Notes under the pieces: model-generated
Databases searched by the model: none
Told to the model about the DNA's origin: nothing
The model's input: the letters and a program-made list of their open reading frames with translations, nothing else
NCBI GenBank assembly: GCA_050084515.1
Contig: CM114271.1
Span: 28,706,001-28,770,000 of the forward strand
DNA length: 64,000 nucleotides
Direction of reading: 5' to 3'
Source of the DNA: Blasia pusilla
Taxonomy: Eukaryota
Made by a program: the position numbers and the translations under genes
Shown: piece after piece, positions 21,201 to 33,946 of the stretch
Layout: the number at the start of each line of letters is the position of its first letter
How positions within the stretch are numbered: the first letter of the stretch is position 1

Positions 21201-24200
21201 TCTAAGGACAATGGGAAAGCTTTATTTTGCGATTTCAATGATTTCAAGAAAGCTTTTGATACAATACCTCGTAAGCTCTTATGGGAAAGGCTGCAAGCCA
21301 TTCCCATAAGAGTACCACAAAATCTCCTAGCAACCGTGGCCACGTTGTACCATTCCGTTCGGCCCAAGATCAAAGATTCAGAAACTCAAGAGATCCTGAG
21401 TACTATCGAAGTCATTCAAGATTGCCCTCTCTCCCCTACTCTATTTGGAGTTTTCAGAGATGATATTGAAAAGTGGTTGGAGGAATCTAACAATAAAGGT
21501 GTAAAGCTTGGAGATTTTGTCATCAAAGCTTTATTATATGCATATCATATCATATTACTAGCATATGATGGCATTTGTTTACAATAACACCTCAATATTT
21601 TGGCAAGTTTTTGTACCCAGAATCAGATGGAAGTTAATATGGAGAAGTCTAAAGTCATTATAGTGGGTACTAGATCCAAGTTCTTTTACAAAGGTCTACA
21701 ATTAGAATAAATGAAGAGTCACAAATATCTAGGCATTGATTTTTCTCATGACTATAGTTGGGCATTTTGCTTGCAAAAGAGAGTAGAAACTGATTACGAA
21801 GCTCTATATTTATTTTTAAATCGATGTAGAAAAGCTCATTTTTTATCGTGGGATCTTAGGAAGTTCTTATTTAGGAGCTTAATGTTGCCAATGGTTTTAC
21901 ATGGGACCCAAGTTTGGGGCCCTAATTGTAAGAAGACGTGTTGGAAACGCGTGGAAAAGGTGCAAAAGATCTTTCTACAAGAAGAATTTAGTGTAAGAAA
22001 CCAAACTCCTTATGCTATTCTTCTTTCAAAAACAAGTTGGCTTCCTCTGGAGGCTGAAGCTCTCTACTTAACCATCACTTATATTGCAAGGGTCAGATCT
22101 CTTGATGTTTCTCGCCTCCCTCAACAAGCTTTGCGAGCCACACGTTCCATAAGGTGGATTGTGGATGTGGTGACTTGGTCTTCAAAATGGAATGTGGCGG
22201 AACGGGATTGGGACTTAAAACCGATGGCACTCCGAGACCATCTATAGAAGTAATTTTTCAATATTATTTGGAGAAACCCGCGCACAAAAATGGAGTATGA
22301 TCAACTTCATGTTAATCCTATACTTGTATATTGTGAACAAGGGTACCTACTTGTGGATCTCCACATTCTTACGTTATATTATCGCACGACATATGCGACG
22401 GAGAAAGTATTGAAGATAAAGAGCATGTGTTTGTTACATGTCCAAGGTATGAAGAGATTAGACTAGCTCATGAAATAGATGTGGAGAATTTCTATTCTTT
22501 ACTACAGCTAGTGCCTTATGATTTAGGTTGTTATATTAGGGATATCATTATTCATCACTCACATGTTCTAGGCATTAGATAAGAGAAGGCCTTTAGGGTC
22601 TCTTTCTGAGTTAGTGTATTACTTGTAAAGTGTTTCTTAGCCTTTTGACCCTTTGGGTCTCTGGGGCTTGATCTGTTTACCATATACCATAGATGCTTCT
22701 TCCCATATAATGAACATTGCCTCATAGATTAAGCGTGCTCCATCACTTCATAGTGATAAACTATAAATGATAGAGGAAAATATTTTTTGTCACCTTAAGT
22801 GGGTTCATAAGAAGAAAACTTGATAAAGAAAATGAAAATTTAAATAGGGATCCGTACATGATCCAACTTAACACTCCATGGGACTCGCTCTAAACATACT
22901 AGTTGGGGCTATAAAATTTAAATACAGATAGTGCATTGCATTGCTTCTATTTAAAATTTCATTGTCTTTATCAAATTTTCTTCTTATGATCCCACTTAAG
23001 GTGAATTTTCTTTTTTAACAAAAATCCACCGACGGTTAACGGTGGAAAAAAAATCATCTTCCAATTACTATGATAGCCCATGATAGACCGTGGATTGTGC
23101 ATATATGCGTTCCGTGCATATACGTCCCCTCTTATATACCCATCCATGCATATACGTCCCCTCTTGAAGTGCACGTAGGATTTCTGATGACAGATGTCGT
23201 GTTCTGCGGGTGTCGCCATGTCAAAACCACTTTGCAAATTATAGTATACTAGTAAGGTGCACGGGAAAGAAAAAAGTGTTTGAAGAGCTTTTGGTTGCGT
23301 ATAATCCATGAAGAGAAGAGATTAATGATGTTGCACACAAATTCAAACTTTTTCCTTGATACGTGTAAGATATGAAACATTCAAACATTTTCTTGTTGCC
23401 CAAGTTACCACGTGTCAAATCAAGAAGGCACTCACCCATAACAAAGTAGACTAGTAAGCTGCCAGTGCGATGCACGGGAAATAAAAAATGTTTGAAGAGT
23501 TAATGTTTATCCCGTATTAACATACATTCAATTTTTTTTTCTTGTTGCTCGTAGCATCTGAAACTTTTTCTAACCGCCCAATTACCACTTGTAATGGATA
23601 GAGATGTTTGCAAATCAAGAAAACACTTTCCCATAATAATATAGAAGTCCTTTCCTCTGCCACGTCCTATTTAAGACACGGCATAGGAAAGGACTTCAAT
23701 ATTAGAGCCACTCATTTCCTCCCGACGGGGAATAAATACAGGGACGGAAGAAATTCCCGTGTAGTCCACACCAGTGGACATTATTGCATAATAATAATAA
23801 CTTCTTATGAACAAGAATTTAAAAATTAATATCATCCGAAAGAGGAGAAAAATCTGTTTCGGACGTCCCTAAAAATGGAGTGGTGTGTAGGCCACGACTC
23901 CCGGGGCCTCCCAACTCCGGCCCTATTATTATTATCCCATGGAAGGATCCAGAATCCTACCTTGCCAAAAAAATTGATGAAACCTACTGATTTTCCCGGG
24001 ACAAGCCTATGGGGTCCGGGAGTGGCCCGGACTTGCCGTGGGCTAGCTTTGAGTAGCCCTAGCAAACATCACATGATCAGCACCGGCGGTCGTGAGTTCG
24101 GGGAATTGGAAGGACCCCGTGTCCATGCCAATCGAAGGTACTCACACGTTGCAGCCGACACCTGGAGAGGGTGCTGTGTAAATGACAGCTGTCGGCACTA

Positions 24201-24574
24201 TTCTTCTTTCGATGAAAGTCCATGGATTCCCAATCACCCGAGTCCTCATTGGTGAGACCATTGAACCGAACGAGCAGTAGTGTTCCGGACCGTGGTTGGG
24301 CAAATTCTTGTGGGTCGGCGATCGAATGCAATTGTTCACCATAATACAAATGTAATCCAGGAAGATTTCAGGAAAGTATGTGTGGAGTGCAATTCGTCAT
24401 AGTTGCACGAATCCGGGGGTCCCTGGAACAGATGCGAAGCAGTCGGTGAGACTTGTGAATTAAAATAAAGGGTTGATTGGGTCGTGGATTAGATTCGCAG
24501 GCAGAGAGAGACGGGATTCGTTAAATAGCGTCTGCCGGAGCCTTGCGATCATAGACCTCGCGACCTGATTTAGC

Positions 24575-24620
<46 letters not shown>
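24575..24620. repeat. (TG)n(AG)n microsatellite upstream of the DUF2045 gene
   Basis: Directly visible. Confidence 0.95.
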
Positions 24621-24623
<3 letters not shown>

Positions 24624-24787
24624 TTAATAGAAGAAGATATTTCTGTGCGAGGGACAGCGTTGTTGGGGAACTCTGAGTTGAAGAGGAATAGGTGGTGGCT
24701 GCTTTTGTTAATCGTTTGAAGATTAGCAAGTCACACTGCTCCTTGTTCCGCTGTTAAGGTCTTTGAAGAATCCGTCTTTCAGAATTG

Positions 24788-27700
24788 ATGGAGCTCGAGA
24801 ATTCGGAAAAGTCCAGGTATGGAAATATAATTGTACTCCTGCCTCTGTGGAGTCGACTTTCAATTCATTCCTTGAATTCTCGTCTTACTACAGCCTCTAT
24901 ATGAGATTTCAGTTCGCCCTTGCATAGTAGAGGTTTGGGCTAGTGTCATAGCTTTGGGATCCACTCGTTTTAGTGCCATCTGTCTATCGGGTGGATGTCT
25001 CTCCGGCGTCAAAAGATGACACTGAGGCACAGGAAGAACATGTACAGTGTAGATATGTATGGAACCCGGTCTCGAGGCACGCGATGGTCCATGGATGCAG
25101 GTCACAAGGAATAGGAGAGGAAGATGAGTGGCAACAGGTGGATTTGGCATCCTCCCTGATTCCCCCTGAAGGGTATGTATATTGTGCCAATAATGCCCTC
25201 CTTTCAGAGAGTGTACAGGTAGGAGCTTTCGTGCTCGAACGTGCCGTGTTATTCTAGAAACGTTCCCAGGTTTCTGAATCTACCGGGGATTTTGGGCTAG
25301 AGAGGAATTCTCGCTGAATGTGGACTAGCCCTGTGTTTCAATCTGAGCTTCTCATAATCCTCGGAGCTTTGGTAATAAAGAATGGCCCGATTCCGTCGAG
25401 AGACTTGGAATAATGATAGCTTGCACGAGTTTGGACAGGATGAAGGCATGATAGAACGTTAATATCTTAAGCAAGATTATTGCAGTACAATAGATTTCAA
25501 ACCTTATTCATGGGAACCACTTACACCAGGTTTGGAAGAAGAAAATCTCAAACAAAAGTATTCACTTGTAAGGTCTGATACTAATAGCATGTAACTCCTG
25601 TAAACCAATCACTCAGAAATGAGAGCTGGATGTGTGTCCTGATGTCTCACTCAGGGTATCTCTTCGGGAGGTTATGTCTACTATTCTTCGCTTCAGTGCA
25701 GGAAGTGAGATGCTCTTCTTTTGTCTGGTGTTGCTGGAACCATTCTGCTTCTAAGAACTTCTAGTCTCTTTTTCATGATTCGTTTCAGTGCAGTCCGGGT
25801 CCATAATCTTTAGGTCTCTTGAATTTATAGTGAATTTGTGTTTTGAGCCTCGGTCCTTCCCATAATTAGATTATTTTACTGGAAGATATTTTCGTTAACT
25901 TGTAGGAATGTGTATCTCATGAATGGGAAGTTGAGAGAAAAACTTTCCTTGACTTTAATTTAGAGCTCCTGTTTGAACCCTCATAATGTTTTGCGATGGA
26001 CTTGAAGAATGTGTGTGTAGTAGAGCCTACGCTATTCTTTCCGGTTCATTGCCAGATGATGCCAAAGATTTCAGCTTTTCCCAGATTCACTGGCATAACC
26101 CAGTGGATGTGCAACATAACAAACCAGTTAGCCTATTCCAATATGTCATTGTTGATTTCAGACATTTGGAAGGTGTAGTTAGTATGATCATCTCCTATAC
26201 TGTGAGACTTGAAATGGGTCTACCTCTCCAATTGGATCCACACTGGAGAAACAAGAGAAAGGGACCTAAATTTGACCTGCTGACAGCGGATTTGTTTAGG
26301 TGGATTGTACCTTGGGTGGGTTCTGGTAAGATCTTGTATCACCATTCTGCTTTTGTTAGGAACATCATCTTGGGACAGGTATCTGGCGGATGTACTCCGG
26401 GAAATAAAATCCACCAGTCCATTATGAGTCTAAAGTCTAGAAAGCAGAACTGACAGGCCGGGTTCTAAGAAACCAATTTCTTCAACCTGTGCAGGAGGGT
26501 TTATGCAACACCAGAAGGAAGTTGTCGTATACTACCATCTCGGTACTCTCCAGTCTTCCATTCTGCATAATACAGTAGAAGAAAGAGAAACAGGTTGTAA
26601 GTTATGAATATCTGTGCAGAGTTTTAGCAGGAATGTGTTTACAGTGTGATGGTAATCATGGAAATTTGTTTTAATGTCCATGGTATGTTTAATGTACAGG
26701 AAAGAGCTGCTTAGTATTGTACGTAAGCATTCTGGAGCTATCGGTAATGCACAAGGAGCGTATTCTAGTCATTGTTTGGAACAAAATGATCAGCTGGACA
26801 TCCACTTTTGGCAACAGATGATGGACATGTTCTTTGTCCGGGGTTTGGTGGAGACCAAAGCGGCGAAGTCTGGTGAAGATGATGACTTAATTTTCTTTGT
26901 CCGCTTAGAGGTTTCTTTCTCCATCTGTCTCTTGGAGATCTGGTCAAAGTCCTAATTGTTTGTGGCATTAGAAAATGTAGAAGTTGTGGGCAGTTATTCA
27001 GAGCGATGACTGCTTCTTTTTTTCATGTGACAATCAGTTCTTTGGGTACTTCTACACAAACACATATTCTCAAGTAACCCTTTTAAGACTAAATGTACTC
27101 TTGTTGTTTTCTCTACTAGAAGGTATGTCCGAGTGATAGAATTGGACATTATACATGTCTGAAGGCTCTGTTTCAGACGCTTGAGAGAGTCATTATCTGA
27201 ATTGTTTCACTGAACAACATGAATCGAAAGACTGAAAAACACTGGCTGACTTATCATTGAGAAGAAGTTCTTAAAAGTCTGTTCTACCTTGAAGATACCC
27301 TTGTGTGACTGTAAGACTGCTTAATGGTTCAAAAAATTGCAGGTTTGATTGGCAGGATGGGCTATAGGCAACAAATTTTGTGCATTGCAAGTTCCACAAA
27401 ATAGGGTCTCACCTGCTCTTTGTAAGTTTGCTCACCATGCTTTATCCTGTCTACAATCGTCAGGGTGTGCAGCTTGGAAATGGAAGATCCAATGAGTCAG
27501 ATGATTCTTCTGTGCAACCATACTTTGTTCGCAGGTGGGCACCCGAGGTGCGTTGCTGAATGTTTTCTAGTTGGGCTGTCTGTGCAGCCTTAGTTACAGA
27601 TTCTTTTCAAGCCATGTTAGATTTAAATGCACAAACGGATAATGTACTTTCGTTGCTAATATCCTACTTACTCAGTCTTTCTTGCTATGTAGATGGTATT

Positions 27701-30700
27701 TTGTTTGTTCAGAGTTTAATGGAAGCCTGAGCTTCAAGTGCTATTTTGAAGAACCGGAAGACCACTTATTGAACATCTCTGAACATCGGCATGAGAGGTT
27801 TCATGCATTCCCTGGTGATGTATCTAATCAATGGACGTTGACATTTGTAGCTGGAGAAAGTCATTGGAAACAGTGCTTGGGAGGTGGACTGGAGTCGCAC
27901 ATTCTACTTAAATCTTATTGCTCATACGTCTTTCTCTCTGACTATTTCTATTTGCAGGCAAGTCATGCTCGAACGCTTCCTCGTGTCCTTGATGAATTTT
28001 TGGTTTTCAAACTTTTGATTTAGAAAGTTTAAGTTGAGAGGGTTTAAATCTGGGAAGGGTAGTAGTTGATCCTATAAGAATCCTTGTATACTTGATATGT
28101 TGAGTTTGTTTGCATTTTGTAGATCGCATCTCACCCCTCTTGCACTTAATTGGGATAGATCTTGGCATTTTCTTTCAACTTTCATCAGAAGTGAGATCAG
28201 TTCTCTACCGTCACAGTCATACCAAAAGTGTACCAGGTATTGTGATACCTTAATAGTTGATGGTTAGTACCCAAAGATGAGTTGTTGCTCTATGTCAGCA
28301 GTGGTGAGTTGGATGTTAAATGGTAAATAAATCAAGCCCATGGGACCCAAAGGGTCAAAAAGTTAAAAAATCATGTGTCTGATGTTGCCTGGTGTGTCAT
28401 GCAGTCATGAATCTCTTCAAAATCTTTCACAATCTTCCGTGGGTGCCTTAACACCCTTATGTAAGGTGCAGCTTAATATTTCTTTCTGTGGATTTCGCCT
28501 TTTTCTTGCAACAAAATCAGTGCCATAGGAGGACGATTGTGTTGGAGTCTTCATTTCACACGAGCTTGCAAAATCTAGAGTAGAGTGCCTTGCTACCTAG
28601 TCTTGCACAACTAACTTCATGGTTAATAGTGCCTAGCTAGTCCTTTCTAAAATTGTAGCTGTGCATCTATGGCAGGTTACGAAGACAGTCTATGCTTCAG
28701 CAAGTCGTACTAATTTTCAGCCGGACTCTAAGGTTAGACTGGCCGAGTCAAGAAAACAAAAATCTTGTCGTGCCTACTGAACTTTGTTGGCAATTACATC
28801 CTGAAGAAGGCTAGTTGCTATTTTTGTATGGACTGTTACCTTGCTTGCACTTTAACATAGGTAGAGAGAAGTACAGATGTCAGGGTAGGGTTCATGAGCT
28901 TGGGGTAGATCTTTCAAGCAGAGGGGTTATTTTAAGTGTTTAGGATTTCGTTTGGGAATTGCAGTTGTGCAAAATGTTTCACTTAGGAAGTGACTAACAC
29001 TGAGTCACCCATGACCAGGCAACGGAGACAGTTGCAGCATACCCAAACATCTGCTTTGTCGTTGATGACTATGACGACACATTCAATGATGTGGTGAGCA
29101 CTAACTTTGAAGCTTCGGCGATTGTGTGACCTCAAATGCCTCAGATGGGATTCATGCATTGACAAGGCCCCACTTTGAATCAAAGACCCTTACTTTTATG
29201 ATCGAATGATTGTTGAAGGGGGTATGGGGATTGTTTCCACTTACAATGTGATACAGATTGGCAGATGCCTGGGCTTTTGCTTGCAGAATTTCCTTCTTTT
29301 TCTTGAAATTTAAACGTGTCAAAAAAAATAAATGTGCAGGTCCTGACTGAACCAGATCACTGCTATTGTGTACTTTTGAATGCTCATGGTGGTGCTGCTT
29401 TTCCTCATGAAGATGATGACATTGTAGAACATAAAAGAACCAGCCGTGAAGCCCGAATGATGGGAGAGGTACCCCAGGGGTCTCATTCACCAAAGGTTCA
29501 ATCTTTTCTGTTATATTTTCCCTGCAGTCTCTTTATTTGGATATATTACTGATGATATTAATCCCTTCCACTTATGATGACAAGTGCCTCAAAGATAAAA
29601 TGGAGGTGCCTGAGCAAAAAATATTCAAGAATTCATTCAAATTCTTATCTTTGTTCGGATTTGCATAAGCACATTTGTTCCTTCCCTGCTTTACAGATGA
29701 TTTTCTGAAACTAATAAACACTTCAGTCTTCCAGGTCACCTTGTTTTCAGGGTTTGTGAACTATCAGATGGTGCGCCATGCTTTTGAAGGTGAGTGGAAA
29801 CTTCCAGTGTCATTTGAGACGTTTTACCAATTTCACCACATGAATCAACAACAAACTTGATGAGATTAAGCTAAGATGTTTAGGTAGAAGAAATGGGAAT
29901 GACTCAGCATCTGCAAAAGTTGGATTCATAGCATGGTCTTTCCAGCCATGAGCCCAGTAGAGAAACGGGCCTATCCCCTATTGGTTAAAAATAAAAAAAT
30001 GTAGGTAAGAAAGTAAGGAATCTGTAAGGGTGGTGTGCTGTTGTTTGTTTTGTAGCATATTAGATTTAGCTGAACTGGGTTGTCTTAGTGTGCATGAGGA
30101 CCCTGCATAGTTTCCTAGTGACTTGGATGGATGGATCGAATGAAGTTTGGAATTTAAGATTGGAGCTGTAGCTACATTTTGGAAAGGTGAAGCAAAGTTT
30201 TTGATGTCTCCATAGTACCAACACTAGCTTTATTCGGCTTTACCCTCATTTTGATGCATTCGTTGAATGTTTTGTGTTTATAGGAGGGAAGAGAACAAAG
30301 TTTGAAGACCTGTTCCATGTGGGCCCTAATACAAGATCTGAGCGGCTTATTATGCGAGGGCCTGGTGGGCGTGGAGAGGTTGAAGTTGCTGTGGGAACTG
30401 TGGCAGGCATGGAATCATCTTCCTGTAGTTGACCTGTTTGTAGTTTCAGAATGTGATGCCTTAAATTTGGCACTATATCCAACTTGAATGAAAGCATATC
30501 AGGAATATCGTCTCTGAACTGTGATGTGAACTGGGTAGTGTTTAGGAGCTGCGACTGGTAGCTCAATGTCAGAGGTTTCATTTTAGGTTAATCATTCACA
30601 CTTATGTGTTGTCCATAACTTAAAGAATTTCTCTTTCATTCTTGTTCATCCGATGAGGTCTTCATTGGTTTTGTATATGTATAGTGTTTGTAGCCTAGTG

Positions 30701-31003
30701 TAGTAGTGACTTTAATGGGGAAACAATGGGTGCTCCGCAGGTTCTCATGACTCGAATGAGATGAGCGATCCCAAACCCAAACCACCACCTTCTCCTACAA
30801 AACCAGGAACGAAGATGGCTCTTGGCTCAATCATGCGTCGAGCGGCTGTTGTTGCACAAGTTGTGGCAAAAAATGTTGTGGCTGCTGCCTCTGATGGAAG
30901 GCATGATAATGAAGAAGCAATCCCTCTACGCTGTTGTTTAATGGCCCTGTCTCTGCCATGGGATATACTTGCACGCGATCTCCTTTTCAAGGTACAGTAC
31001 TGA
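24788..31003 (+). CDS. DUF2045 / KIAA0930-like protein, multi-exon host gene
   Basis: Phase-consistent exons 24788-24816, 26700-26910, 27464-27547, 27851-27957, 28405-28465, 28676-28732, 29019-29093, 29340-29495, 29735-29789, 30284-~30406, 30741-~31003. Motifs ELLSIVRKHS, DDLIFFVR, PYFVRRWAP, VDWSRTFYLNLI, KTVYASASR, AYPNICFVVDDYDD, HCYCVLL, TLFSGFVNY. Last donor and exact C-terminus uncertain. Confidence 0.85.
28318..28370 (-). mobile_element. About 50-bp 3' stub of the RTEX-like LINE in an intron
   Basis: aaatggtaaataaatcaagcccatgggacccaaagggtcaaaag matches the LINE 3' ends at 33947 and 57618. Confidence 0.8.
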
Positions 31004-33946
31004 CAGCGTTTGTAGGACAACCATAGGAAATTAACCAAAAAAGGCATTCCCTTCCACTTTCAGATCACATCCCAGAACCGACATACACCAAATTTATATG
31101 ATTTCATATGTCCACGTATGTTTGATCTTTGAAGGACAGTAACATCGACTTTGAAGGACAAATCACTCACAAAATGGGACCTTCAAAGTCAATGTCAAAG
31201 TCATGAGTGATTTGTCCATAAAATTCATGTCTTCCTTTTTTTTATCCAAGTGTACAGGGTTGAGATTTTGTCAATTTCTTTGAGCTGTCATTTCGTAACT
31301 GTAGTGTTTGTATCACCTCTGCCGACACCATTTAGTTTCTATTTTGAGTATTTGTGACCACTGACATGTGCAGGAGCTTCCGAAGTGAAAAGATGGGAAG
31401 TGACTTGGAAGGAGAGCAATTGGTTTGTGTAGAACATAATTCTCGAAATTTAGGATTTTCAAGGTTTTTGTATATAAACTGTATTTTGCAGCTGCAAATG
31501 TAGCAATGGTCTTATCCAAGTTTTACATACAAGCATTTCAGTGTTTAACAGAGGTGATGTGAGATCATTCCTTGGGATCCATGTTGAGAGGTCCACATTC
31601 TGAGCTAGGTTTGATTTCATGCCATGTCAGGTATGCAATGGTGGAAGTATCTTCTATGTTTGGCGAGTGCTTTGCTGTGTTTGGATAGACTTGATTTGTG
31701 TAGCAACTTTGATATAGGAGATATGAGGGAGAGTTGATTGCAGCATGTGAATGCCACCTCCAACTTCAGGTGATGGGATCAATTTCTTTAATGACCATAA
31801 ATGGCTTGCAAGGATCGGAGTTTGTGTTTGCTTGCTGCTCTCGGAAGTTCTCATCCTTGAACAATTATGATGATCCTCTCCATGTAGTATTATGTCGTAG
31901 TTGAAGCAGAAGTGTTCTCCACTCATGATTCCTCCAATCATACCCTAGCACATTAGGGAGTGTAATGGTTCACATGACAACTGCAGTCTTGGTCACCTTG
32001 AAAGTACCAGAGGACTTGACTCGATGGGCATAGCTGTGTCACGATTCAGTTCTGTTTGGAAGATTTCAGGTTGCGTTGAGGATCCATGTACAGAATCTTG
32101 AGTTTGCTTTGAGAATTTGAAGCATCCACCTATAGAATCTGGAAACTTTGGCGCAGCCATTGACAAAATTGTGAGTTGTGAGAAGTTGGTTTTATGGATA
32201 TTTGACTGTGGAGAGACAGCGTAAGGGGAGTCCAAAAAATGTGACAAGCAATTACCACAATATTCTTTCAATGATCCAAACTAGTTAAGAAACATCTTCC
32301 TGTACACGACGAATCAGATGCTATCATAACGAACAATCCTTGTATTTTTTAATGAGTTTTTGATGATTGTGTGTATACTTGCTTACTACAATTAGAGAAA
32401 TTTTTGAGGTTCACTCAGATATCAAGAAGAAAATATTTAAGTGAGGTTGAAGACACAAGTAAACATGTGCTTTGGAAATGAATCTTATTATATGACACAA
32501 AACCTCATTGCAATAGGAGCATTGTTGACTCCCTTGAAGTTTGGAATATGTATGAATTTTTTTGGAACAATTTCTATGCCCAAAAAAGTTGGATAGTGGG
32601 TTGGGTTTAGGATTTAGATTGAGACCTCTAAGATGTTGGGTTGAGGATCAGCATAGAGGATTGAGCTTATTATGTTCGTGGATGTTATGAGCTTTTGGCT
32701 TGCTTTGATGCATGCATCTTGCGTAAGGTGGGCTGCCCAATTTTGTGCGGGCTTGCCAACATTCTTGTGTAGCACAGGGATTTTTGGCTGCTTTGGAGGA
32801 TGTTGGGAGCCCTAATAATTTTGCGGATGTTGGGAGCTACTACCAACCGCGTCACTTGGCCTACCACTGTAACACTCTTGCGTACCCTAGGCGAGTTTAG
32901 GCTAGTTGACCCACCTTCATCACGTGTGACTATTCTTGACGTTCAGACAAGTTGTTTCGATCGTCAGCTACTAGGCTTTGACCCAACAACCGCAATGCTA
33001 TTGATCTCGCCCTTTTGCGGCTGCTCCGCTCTTCAGAGCTATTTGCGGCCCCTACTATAGCCCTTAAACTTTGCAATTAAGCGTGGTGACCACACATCGC
33101 ATAACCGAACACATAGGGCAACGGAACTATCGTCGAGCACTCGTGGAAATAGTAGAACCGCTAGATTGACTCCCCAGCTGGCTCTTCATTTGGGGATGTG
33201 GTATGGCATGAATCTATGTGATAGGGTGGGCCGTGGCGTAGGAGCGTGCACGGAGTGCTCCGTGAGAGGAGTGCGTCGCAAGGAGGAAATAAATAATGAA
33301 GGCTCGGCACCATCTGCCCCTTTTGAATCTTACCTTTTTTCGCGCAGGTAGTGGTGTTTCGTTCTTCTTCTTTGTTGTGCTTGTCTTTCGTGTGTAAACT
33401 GTGAGTTCTCGATGCGAGAGGTAGGAACGACATGCACTAGTAATCGGTTGGCACTACGCGCCAAATCTGGGCCCCATTTCCACTTCAAGCTGTGGAATTT
33501 TCTCCCCTTCTCTTCCGGCTTTCCTACTTTCAGCAACGTCGCAGGAATGCCAACGCTCACCAGACCTTCAGTCTTCTCAAGTTTGAATGTGCCTTGCACT
33601 TCGAGCTCGACCAACGCACCGTCGATATGTCACTAAGGATTGCTTGTGGTTGGTGGCGGATCAGAGCGTCGTCGACACCTCAGGAGGGAGTAATCAGGAT
33701 GAAGGAACAAGCAAAGATCTTCTCCCCTTGCTTTCTCCCGCTATGCTATTAGGTCTCCTTGCTACACTCTGCACCATGCGCATTCGTGATCAGGGTTGCA
33801 GTGTGTGTGAGTGGCATTCCAATTTCAGCTCTCATTTGTACTACCAATTTCATTGCGCACATTTGTGACGGCTCCATCCGAATAAGTGCATTTGTGAACA
33901 TTCGATTGGTCCATATTTGTATCCCTCTATATGAATGAATTTCAGA

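Larger units (their letters stand above)
17490..22690 (+). mobile_element. RTEX-like LINE copy A (ORF1 + APE-RT), decayed, with ORF1 split by an insertion at about 17606-18832
   Basis: ORF1 MMTTQEEILNLV... resumes at QTSQLN (18835). APE WNIRG, ETW. RT DFKKAFD, Q(D)CPLSP, YLGI. 3' end gcttgatctgtttaccat. Confidence 0.85.

Noticed and set aside
23090-23255. Helitron 3' end (dispersed repeat also at about 55585-55720, ending in CTAG)
   Set aside because: The similarity is real, but the hairpin is weak and the second copy lacks CTAG, so it cannot be classified.
24973-26453. ORFs 24973-25257 and 25986-26453 as separate genes
   Set aside because: They lie within the predicted first intron of the DUF2045 gene and have no recognisable motifs.
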